Under the pieces are notes generated by a model that was given only the letters and a program-made list of their open reading frames with translations, was not told where the DNA came from and did not search any database. Below are positions 19,052 to 26,984 of a DNA stretch of 64,000 nucleotides, in pieces (within the stretch, counting starts at the first letter, position 1; each line of letters begins with the position of its first letter). The stretch comes from Candidatus Uhrbacteria bacterium CG10_big_fil_rev_8_21_14_0_10_48_11 (lineage in GTDB: Bacteria > Patescibacteriota > Patescibacteriia > GWA2-46-9): NCBI GenBank assembly GCA_002793855.1, contig PFET01000012.1:6222-70221 (forward strand), read 5' to 3'. Made by a program: the position numbers and the translations under genes.

Positions 19052-20573
19052 TGCCGTAAAACCAGACGTCTTTGCTATTACCGGTTTACCGCCAGAGGTA
19101 CTGGCGGTCGCCATGGCAAAGTACAGCCGCTCAAAAAACCCAATTCGAGAAACGATTGATGAATTGACCGAGGAAAAATCCGCTGAGTTCCATGAAAAAT
19201 GGGTGCTTGGTTATGGTGACGCCTCTGTTGCCGATATGGCTATCATTGCGATTGCCTGCGAAAATGTTTCGATTATTGCCTCTAAAGCTATCGAAGACAC
19301 TCGGCTGGCTTCGTTTCAAGAAAAATCTACCCGCTACGTCGATTTCGACACTTCTAAATACTTTCGCCCACGTTCGGTTATGGAAAATAATGCCGAGCAA
19401 TATGAAAAAACCATCAATACCCTTTTTGAAAGCTATACCGGACTACTGGATAAAACCATTGCCTACCTGCGCCGGCGCTTGTCGCGTCCAGAAAAGTTAA
19501 GCAATAAGCTCTATGAAGCAAAGCTTAAGGCACGCTCGCTTGATGCGGTGCGCTACTTTTTGCCAGTTGCAACACTAACGAACTTTGGCATGATTATGAG
19601 CGCTCGCTCACTTCGCCACCTCATTGCAAAGTTAAAAGACAACCCCTACACGGAAGTTCGCGAACTCGCTGAAGCAATTCAAAATGCCGCACTTGAGCCG
19701 GCCTATAATCCTCAGGCAAAAAAAATTGAGGAACTTCTCGCCAGCCTTCGTGCTATGGGAGGCGAAGCCAACGAGTTAGCTGATCAGGTTGCCGCAACCG
19801 CAACACTGCAAATAAAAGGCGCGCCAACGTTGATTAAACACACTGAACCTTCACCCTACCAAAAACACACAAACGAGTATCTCTCTACATTTGAGGCAGA
19901 TCTACTTAAAAATGCACCAATTGCCGACGCGCCGCGTGTCGATTATCTTGAAAATCATTCGTACGAAGATGAACTGGTGACAACGTTACTCTATGGGGTT
20001 TCAATATTCTCCTACCGACAAATCTTGACTGCCGTTCAAGCGCTGGCGCCAGAAAAAAAACAGGTACTACTTCAAACGGTTGCTAGTTTCCGTGGTGACC
20101 ACGACCAACCGAGACGTGAATACGAGGCTGGAGGTCAGTTCGTCTTTGACGTTCTTATGGATTACGGCGCGTTCCGTGATCTTCAGCGTCACCGTATGTG
20201 CACGCAAATTAACCAACCACTGACGACCGTACATGGCTACGAGGTACCGTTCGAGCTACGGGATGCCGGCCTCGAACAAGAATTTAGAGCAATCATTGAT
20301 ACGACACTCGCCACTCATACAAAACTGAAAAAAGTGGTCGGCGCTGACGCTGACTATCTGATTCCGCTTGCCTGCAAAAAGAGAACACTCTTTAAGATGA
20401 ATCTGCGCGAGCTTTACCATATGGTAGAGTTACGATCTAAACCAGGTGGACATATGTCTTACCGTACGATTGTCACCGATATGTACGCCGCAGTTAAAGG
20501 CCGCCATCCGCTACTCGTAGAATCATTGCGCATTACGCCACTCGATTATGACAAAGATTTCTTCAAGCGTTAA
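19044..20573 (+). CDS. thyX: FAD-dependent thymidylate synthase, tandem Thy1 domains
   Basis: YGDASVAD, SFQEKSTRY, RDLQRHR, ELRSKPGGH. Confidence 0.9.
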   Translation: MSNAVKPDVFAITGLPPEVLAVAMAKYSRSKNPIRETIDELTEEKSAEFHEKWVLGYGDASVADMAIIAIACENVSIIASKAIEDTRLASFQEKSTRYVDFDTSKYFRPRSVMENNAEQYEKTINTLFESYTGLLDKTIAYLRRRLSRPEKLSNKLYEAKLKARSLDAVRYFLPVATLTNFGMIMSARSLRHLIAKLKDNPYTEVRELAEAIQNAALEPAYNPQAKKIEELLASLRAMGGEANELADQVAATATLQIKGAPTLIKHTEPSPYQKHTNEYLSTFEADLLKNAPIADAPRVDYLENHSYEDELVTTLLYGVSIFSYRQILTAVQALAPEKKQVLLQTVASFRGDHDQPRREYEAGGQFVFDVLMDYGAFRDLQRHRMCTQINQPLTTVHGYEVPFELRDAGLEQEFRAIIDTTLATHTKLKKVVGADADYLIPLACKKRTLFKMNLRELYHMVELRSKPGGHMSYRTIVTDMYAAVKGRHPLLVESLRITPLDYDKDFFKR

Positions 20574-21261
20574 ACTTAAAAAAAAGAGAGCCGGCCGGCT
20601 CATCGTCATTGACGGAACAGACGGCACCGGCAAGGCAACACAAACAGCACTGTTGGTGAAAAAGTTACGTGCTGAAGGTAAAAAGGTTGCCATTGCAGAT
20701 TTTCCCCGTTACGGGCTTCCCTCCGCTTACTTTGTCGAGCAGTACCTTAACGGGCGCTACGGGAGCGCAAAAGACATTCCTCCACAAGCTGCCTCGCTCT
20801 TTTACGCCTTAGACCGTTTCGACGCAAAACAAAAAATGATTGATCAGTTGAACGATGGCTATATCATTGTGTCAAATCGTTTTGTTACGGCCAATATGGG
20901 GCACCAAGGTGGAAAAATTATCTCGCTTGCCGAACGTAAAAAATTTTTTTCTTGGCTAGACTGGCTAGAGCATGACTTACTAGGACTCCCCCGCCCCGAC
21001 CTTACCATTCTTCTTCACGTGCCTGCTGCACTTGCGCAACGTTTAATTGACCGCAAAGGGAGACGAGCGTACATTCAAGGAAAACGCGATCTTCACGAAG
21101 ATGATTTAGGGCACCTGAAAGCTGCCGAAAAAACGTACTTAGAAATTGCCAACTTGTTTCCAAAGTTTATTCTCGTCGAATGTCTTCGCAACAAATCACT
21201 GCTCAGCCCTGATGAGATACACCAAGCGATTTGGAAGAAAATTGAACGCTTAGTCTCCTAA
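20548..21261 (+). CDS. tmk: Thymidylate kinase
   Basis: IDGTDGTGKATQ, FYALDRF, PRPDLTI. Confidence 0.92.
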   Translation: MTKISSSVKLKKKRAGRLIVIDGTDGTGKATQTALLVKKLRAEGKKVAIADFPRYGLPSAYFVEQYLNGRYGSAKDIPPQAASLFYALDRFDAKQKMIDQLNDGYIIVSNRFVTANMGHQGGKIISLAERKKFFSWLDWLEHDLLGLPRPDLTILLHVPAALAQRLIDRKGRRAYIQGKRDLHEDDLGHLKAAEKTYLEIANLFPKFILVECLRNKSLLSPDEIHQAIWKKIERLVS

Positions 21262-21269
21262 AAAATTTC

Positions 21270-22817
21270 ATGGCCAGCACAAAATACATTCCGGTTATCG
21301 GCATGGAGGTACATGCAGAACTTAAAACAACATCAAAAATGTTTTGTCGCTGCGTGAACGACTTTGGCCTTGAAGAAAGACCAAATGTCAACGTCTGTCC
21401 AGTTTGTTTGGGTCACCCAGGGGCTCTACCAACCGCTAACGTAGAAGCGATAAAAATGGTCATTAAGGTTGGGCTGGCGCTTGGCGCTGACATTGCACGC
21501 ATTTCAAAATTTGACCGCAAAAACTACTTCTACCCCGATCTCCCAAAAGGTTATCAGATTAGCCAATACGACCAGCCACTGACGGAGCACGGCAGTCTTG
21601 AAGCTAATGGTAAGCCTATCGCCATTACTCGTGTTCATCTCGAAGAAGACACAGGAAAACTTCAGCATCCAGAAGACGCACCCTACTCCCTTGTTGATTT
21701 TAACCGCTCTGGCGTCCCGTTGATGGAGCTCGTAACTGAACCTGACATCACCTCGTCAGTTGAGGCAAAAAAATTCTGCCAAGAATTGCAGCTTTTGCTT
21801 CGCACTCTTGATGTATCGGGAACGGATATGGAAAAAGGACAGATGCGTTGCGAGGCAAATATTTCACTAATGCAGGCTGACAAAGAACGTAAAGCGGAAA
21901 ACTACGGCACCAAAGTTGAGGTAAAAAACCTTAACTCGTTTAAGGCGGTTGAGCGTGCAATTGAGTACGAAATTAGTAGGCAAGAATCCTTGCTAGAAGC
22001 CGGAGAACCCGTGTTGCAAGAAACGCGAGGCTGGAATGATGCTCAGCAAAAAACATACGCCCAGCGCAGCAAAGAATCAGCGCACGACTACCGCTACTTC
22101 CCAGAGCCTGACTTGCCTCCACTCGTACTCGGAAGTCTTAACGAAGACAGCCCCAAGGGTGCGGTTGCTATTTCTGTCGATGCCATACGCGAAACGTTGC
22201 CGGAATTGCCGCAGCAGCGACGAGCACGCTTTATGGAAGAATTTTCGCTAAGTAACGAAGATGCGTACTTACTCACCGCCGACCCGGCACTCGCCTCTTT
22301 TACCGAGAGCGTATTTGCTGAAATGAAAGAGTGGGTAACAACGCTGGATAGTGTTGAGGGTAGCGCGGAAGAAATTTGGGGGCATGAAATTAAAAAGATA
22401 AGTAAACTCGTTGGTGGGTGGTTAACGAGTGAGCTCTTCAAGCTGATGAAAGAATCTAAAACGACGATAAGTGGGGTACAAATTACAGCCAGTAGTTTTG
22501 CGAACTTTTTAAAGCTTGTATATGAACGCCGCGCTAACAGTTCTGCTGCTCAAATTATACTGCGAGAAATGTTTTCAACTGGTAAGGATGCGCAAACTGT
22601 TCTTGAAGAAAAAGACCTTGGGCAGGTTGACGACAACGAGTCGCTCGACGCTGTTATTGAAAAAATTATTACTGCCAACCCCGATCCGGTTAAAGACTAC
22701 ATGAACGGAAAAGAGAATGCGCTTCAATATCTTGTTGGCCAAGGAATGAAACAGACAAAAGGAAAGGCAAACCCTGAAAAGCTCAGAGAACTCTTTAAGA
22801 AAAGGCTTTCGAGCTAA
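21270..22817 (+). CDS. gatB: Asp/Glu-tRNA amidotransferase subunit B
   Basis: IGMEVHAEL, RKNYFYPDLPKGYQISQ, DYRYFPEPDLPP. Confidence 0.97.
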   Translation: MASTKYIPVIGMEVHAELKTTSKMFCRCVNDFGLEERPNVNVCPVCLGHPGALPTANVEAIKMVIKVGLALGADIARISKFDRKNYFYPDLPKGYQISQYDQPLTEHGSLEANGKPIAITRVHLEEDTGKLQHPEDAPYSLVDFNRSGVPLMELVTEPDITSSVEAKKFCQELQLLLRTLDVSGTDMEKGQMRCEANISLMQADKERKAENYGTKVEVKNLNSFKAVERAIEYEISRQESLLEAGEPVLQETRGWNDAQQKTYAQRSKESAHDYRYFPEPDLPPLVLGSLNEDSPKGAVAISVDAIRETLPELPQQRRARFMEEFSLSNEDAYLLTADPALASFTESVFAEMKEWVTTLDSVEGSAEEIWGHEIKKISKLVGGWLTSELFKLMKESKTTISGVQITASSFANFLKLVYERRANSSAAQIILREMFSTGKDAQTVLEEKDLGQVDDNESLDAVIEKIITANPDPVKDYMNGKENALQYLVGQGMKQTKGKANPEKLRELFKKRLSS

Positions 22818-22852
22818 CCGTAAATCAGCAATAATCTCCCTTTTTTTAAAGG

Positions 22853-22964
22853 TTGACCGCTCTAGTGCAAGCTGATAACATACTTAAAGGTATGCCTATA
22901 CCAACGAATCAATTCGACGACATCAGCAGGGTTTAAAACGAGTCCCCTTCGGGGGCTTTTTTTT
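22853..22964 (+). promoter_or_regulatory. Promoter + 14-aa leader ORF + terminator (putative attenuator)
   Basis: TTGACC-17-TAACAT; ORF 22892-22936 MPIPTNQFDDISRV; AGTCCCC-TTCG-GGGGCT then T-run, 4 nt after the stop. Confidence 0.65.
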
Positions 22965-22995
22965 ACGCCCAAAATGGGAAAAGGAGGAAATCCTA

Positions 22996-23592
22996 ATGGC
23001 ACATTTACAAAATAATACTGAAACGCTCAACCCCTATGGAGCCTGCTCGGCTTATATTATAGGGTTTGCTATTGCCTGTAAGCATCTCTCTCTAAATTCT
23101 GCGGCAAAAATCTTCTGGTTTCTCGCAGAACACAAGCAGGAGCTCGACGAGGCACTTCCTTCAACGATGGAGGCAATAGAGCTTGGACGTACGTGTGAGC
23201 AAATCAACGCGTTTTTGGAGATCCAAGAGAGCCTCGGCGGAATGGTTCGGCACTCTATCGCGATACAGACACCATGGTGCGACACTATCGAGGAACTATG
23301 TACAAGGCTCTGCGAAGTGAGTGCCCCCCTCGTCTTCTGGGACGAATATCGCGCGCAGGCAATAATCGACCTGCTCCAACTCATCGCAAACTTGCCTGAG
23401 GGTAAAGCCCTACAGGCAATCCTTCGTCTTTACGAAGACGGAAGTCCATCATATTCGGATATTATCCGATACGGCTGGCTTGGAATGGAATCTGAAGCTG
23501 CGAGATCTGCTCTTGATGGTGTACTTGCCAGCGAAAAGTCCTTTCATCGTAATTATCAGACAACGCTTGTCACCGAGGCCGGTCAAACATGA
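22996..23592 (+). CDS. Hypothetical protein (198 aa)
   Basis: Strong SD AAGGAGG; followed by an 11-bp hairpin; no recognised motif. Confidence 0.75.
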   Translation: MAHLQNNTETLNPYGACSAYIIGFAIACKHLSLNSAAKIFWFLAEHKQELDEALPSTMEAIELGRTCEQINAFLEIQESLGGMVRHSIAIQTPWCDTIEELCTRLCEVSAPLVFWDEYRAQAIIDLLQLIANLPEGKALQAILRLYEDGSPSYSDIIRYGWLGMESEAARSALDGVLASEKSFHRNYQTTLVTEAGQT

Positions 23593-23608
23593 CCGGCCTC
23601 CCTCTTTT
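23575..23608 (+). terminator. Terminator hairpin
   Basis: GAGGCCGGTCA-AACA-TGACCGGCCTC then CCTCTTTT. Confidence 0.6.
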
Positions 23609-24514
23609 CTAATTTGCAACCCATTTTTTTATGAAACGTTCGGCCTCATCTTTACCCTTAACCCAAATAATTTCTTTGTCTTTTTTCCACCACGTCATCT
23701 GTCGCTTGCTATACTGATACGTATGCGAAACAACTTTTTCTATACACTCTTGTTTTGTCAATGTACCCTTAAGGTATTCACTAACCTCCGGATACCCAAT
23801 ACCGCTCATTGAGGGTCGTGACGAAGGATACTTACTGAGTAGCTTTTTTGTTTCATCAACCAAACCGCTTTGAAACATTTTTTCAACTCGTTTTTTCATT
23901 CTTTCCCGTAGTATCTCTGTGTCTACAGTAATACCAATCTTTAAACTATCGTAATGCGTACGACCTTTTTTTCTTGCCTGCAGAAACCAGTTTCCAATTG
24001 CGCTTGCCACTTCAATAGCACGAATGACACGCCGAGCATTTTTTACATCGATACCTGCAACCGCCAGTGGGTCTAGTTTTTCTAACTGCTTAACCAAAAA
24101 CGGCAACCCCCGTTTTTGTAAATCTGCCGTAAGCTGTTTTCGCAATGTTTCATTTGGCGGCACTTCTGGTAATTTCCAATTTTGGACAACTGCATAAATA
24201 AAAAGAGCAGTTCCACCAACCAGTATAGGCAGCTTCCCTCGCGCATGAGCGCTCGTAATGGCTTCGCGAGCATCAAGCTTAAACTGCTGAACAGAATAAA
24301 GTTCATCCGGATTAACAACATCAACTAAATGCTGACGAATAGGTGCTGGCGGATAAAGTTTTGCGGTAGCGACGTCCATTCCGCGATAAACCTGACGAGA
24401 GTCTGCAGAAACAAGCTCTCCATCAAACATACGCGCAAGATGAACGGCAAGATCAGACTTTCCGGATGCTGTCGGGCCAACAATGGTCAACAGCAGTGGT
24501 AAACGTTTACTCAT
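23609..24514 (-). CDS. miaA: tRNA dimethylallyltransferase
   Basis: GPTASGKS, SADSRQVY, VGGT, RRVIRAIE, IGY, KRQMTW. Confidence 0.96.
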   Translation of the reverse strand: MSKRLPLLLTIVGPTASGKSDLAVHLARMFDGELVSADSRQVYRGMDVATAKLYPPAPIRQHLVDVVNPDELYSVQQFKLDAREAITSAHARGKLPILVGGTALFIYAVVQNWKLPEVPPNETLRKQLTADLQKRGLPFLVKQLEKLDPLAVAGIDVKNARRVIRAIEVASAIGNWFLQARKKGRTHYDSLKIGITVDTEILRERMKKRVEKMFQSGLVDETKKLLSKYPSSRPSMSGIGYPEVSEYLKGTLTKQECIEKVVSHTYQYSKRQMTWWKKDKEIIWVKGKDEAERFIKKWVAN

Positions 24515-24586
24515 TCGGTCATTCTACCCTACTTCAAGACAAACAAAAAAGGTGCCCTTGGGCACCTAGAGGTTAACGGTAACGTA

Positions 24587-24742
24587 TTATATATTTGCCC
24601 AGAGAACCAATGATACAAATAACGTTGCGGCGCTCGCTAGAACCATCAAATGATCATCAATAAACTCTAGCCAGTTTTGTACGCCAGTTGTTTTTAAAAC
24701 AGGAACAAAAACGCCAAACGTGCTTGCAAGAAGCTCTCGCAT
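24587..24742 (-). CDS. Small 51-aa protein with C-terminal hydrophobic helix
   Basis: MRELLASTFGVFVPVLKTTGVQNWLEFIDDHLMVLASAATLFVSLVLWANI; own promoter TTGATT-17-TATACT (24778-24806) and terminator AGGTGCCC-AA-GGGCACCTTTTTT (24545-24567). Confidence 0.7.
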   Translation of the reverse strand: MRELLASTFGVFVPVLKTTGVQNWLEFIDDHLMVLASAATLFVSLVLWANI

Positions 24743-24822
24743 ACTTTTATTTTTTTTTATTTTACAAACTTTACTGTAGTATAGCGTATTTCTATCAAAA
24801 AATCAAGTTCGTAAATTGGAAC

Positions 24823-24853
24823 GGCGCGCGAGATCCTCCTTATCTCGCGCGCC
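24823..24853 (-). terminator. Hairpin closing the CimA-domain gene
   Basis: 12-bp perfect stem GGCGCGCGAGAT/ATCTCGCGCGCC; weak U tract. Confidence 0.55.
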
Positions 24854-24864
24854 ACATACTAACC

Positions 24865-25422
24865 TCATTCAATCCGCTCCCCTGCAAGGTGCGCAAATTC
24901 GTAGGCATCTACCATGGCTAGCCAGCTTGCCTCAGTGACGCTTCTCGCTGTCGCCACGGTTCGGAAGTCCCAGCCATGGAACGTCCAGTCCACGACAACC
25001 TTGACCCGTGCCGCAGAGCCGCCACTACCAACCTTAAAAACGTGGTAATCACCGAGCTCCAAGCCCAAAGCTTTGACTTCAGCAACTTTGTTCATTGCGT
25101 TATCAAGCGCATTGATGGGCCCGTCTCCACGACCGGCCACATGGTCTTCTTGCCCTGTTTCCAGACGAAGCATGATTGTTGCTTCGGCAGGCTCTGCAGT
25201 TCCATCATCACCGCTTCGATGTAATTCACATACTCGGTACCACTCGACAAAAACAAAGGAGCAATTTGATCCATTCTCTCGAAACTGCGCCATTGCAATC
25301 GAAACAGCCTCCTCGCGTACGTATTCGCCATTCATTAAAAAAACCGCGATACGTACACCCCTTTCTCCGCTAAGATCCAAAAGACCCAACTCGCTGAGTT
25401 TCGCGAAATCAATTTTTTTCAT
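24865..25422 (-). CDS. Stand-alone LeuA/CimA allosteric (regulatory) domain, citramalate-synthase-like C-terminus
   Basis: AEATI, GDGPINALDNAM, LGDYHV, ARVKVVV, TEASWLAMVDAYEF resemble the CimA C-terminal domain; no DTTLRDG barrel; SD GGAGG. Confidence 0.8.
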   Translation of the reverse strand: MKKIDFAKLSELGLLDLSGERGVRIAVFLMNGEYVREEAVSIAMAQFRENGSNCSFVFVEWYRVCELHRSGDDGTAEPAEATIMLRLETGQEDHVAGRGDGPINALDNAMNKVAEVKALGLELGDYHVFKVGSGGSAARVKVVVDWTFHGWDFRTVATARSVTEASWLAMVDAYEFAHLAGERIE

Positions 25423-25514
25423 TTCCCTTCCTCCCCACTCGTTGGTGGTGTGTCATGAAGTTGTCAAAGAGCGGGTTGCCCCCTTCTCGAGTCGATATCC
25501 GTTTCTCGACGGAT

Positions 25515-25678
25515 AGAAAACGCCAGCCCCGATGAAGGGCTGGCGTTGAAACTCAAGAGATACTTTAGCTACAACGTAAACCTTCCACCGCAAGTGGGCT
25601 GGCTAATAATGCTAATAATCTGAATTGCGCGAAGGTCCATATCGCTAAAATAGTAACAAGGCAGCTATTCCCGGTCAA
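25515..25678 (-). promoter_or_regulatory. Isoleucine-sensing transcriptional attenuator with promoter
   Basis: TTGACC-17-TACTAT; leader ORF; terminator AACGCCAGCCC-TTCATCG-GGGCTGGCGTTTT; alternative pairing GAAGG...CGTTG with CAACG...CCTTC. Confidence 0.82.
25569..25640 (-). CDS. Ile-rich leader peptide MDLRAIQIISIISQPTCGGRFTL
   Basis: 5 ATT codons within 7 codons, upstream of the CimA-like domain gene. Confidence 0.82.
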   Translation of the reverse strand: MDLRAIQIISIISQPTCGGRFTL

Positions 25679-25681
25679 GTC

Positions 25682-26895
25682 CTAGTGCGTCGGTCCAGCT
25701 GGTGTAAACAAATCCGTTTCGAAACGAGCTACTTCTGTACCCGTAGGATAATTATCAGCTGTAGGATCAACCTGTTTAACTAGGTAGTGGGTACTAAAAT
25801 TATTTTCCTTAAAACCTTCTTTGGTAAGTAATCGTTTTTCTCCATTCATAATAAGGTAACGTTCGTTCGATTTCTTGTACTGGATAATAGTACCGTCCGG
25901 ATGTACGTCGCTTGACGTAATAGGCGCCCCGACAGAAAAGGAAACAAAGTACCCATCTGGGATTGTTATTGCATTTTTTCCCAGTGCTTACCATAGAGTG
26001 CCTCACCAATTTCGTTCGTTGTAATTTCTCGAAGGTAACCATTGGGCGTTACTGCGTAAATTTTTGAATCGTTCTCAATTTTTACCAACGTTGTACCGGG
26101 ACGAATAAGCACATTGCCAGCAGTCGGCAATGAAGCAATAAAATCAAATGACACATCTACAACGTTCGACTGGTTTGGGTACCAGGTACGAAAAATATCT
26201 TTGTACAAAACGTCCTTACCTTTGGCGTCGTCATGCAGCGCAAAAAACGCATAGCGCTTGAGGTCGTTTCCAATATAGTAGTAAAGCTCATTACCTGAAT
26301 GGTCAGTATAACGAATAACCGAACCAGCCCCGATTACTGGACGCTGTTTGGTAACAGCGTGTCGTACGTTTACGGACTATTTAGCTCCGGCATTGGTAAC
26401 AGTAAGGTCAGTGAGGTGAGCCCGCAGTGTCGCTTTGATAGGCACAGTGTCCAAAATTGTTCCATAAACAGAAAGAGTTGTAGTGCTACCAGATGAAACC
26501 AAGAAAGGGCTCGGCATCGTAAAATCAACGATACGAACATTATTATTTTCTTTGACTACTGCTATGTCGCTTGCTGATGTCGTCGTACAGTTACTTTCAA
26601 TACACGTTCTGATTACAACATATACATTGTCACCGACAGCAGTGACACCATTATTTCGATCATCTATTTTTACTGTTCCCTTTATTGTTTCAATCTCCCC
26701 ATTTATTGGTGCGTGGACGTAAAAACTAGCAATTTCCAGATTGGCACCCGGCGCTAGCTCGTTGGGCTGAGGCGCCGCCTCTCCTAACCCTACGCCTACA
26801 ATTATCGTATTAGCCTTGCGCGCATAACTTACCGTAGGCAGCAACGTTAGTGCCAAAACAATTGAAAAAACGGTAATAATGGTTCGATTTCGCAT
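25682..26895 (-). pseudogene. Disrupted secreted surface protein (signal peptide, beta-rich domain, three C-terminal repeats)
   Basis: Frame continues past TAG 26377-26379 (SVNVRHAV...YYYIGNDLKRYAF...LVKIENDSKIYAV) and, after restoring one A in the A6 run 25974-25979, on to ...HPDGTIIQY...PAGPTH* at 25682. Confidence 0.8.
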
Positions 26896-26984
26896 AGAAA
26901 ATAACGGCAATAATTAAGAGGCAAACCTTAACCCCTAAGGCCGTTTTTGTCAACCAAAACGCCTCCCTACCCTCTGTCACTACG

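Noticed and set aside
25970-25985. Programmed -1 frameshift at TGG GAA AAA ATG
   Set aside because: Not an in-frame X XXY YYZ heptamer, no clear stimulator, and an upstream TAG already stops translation
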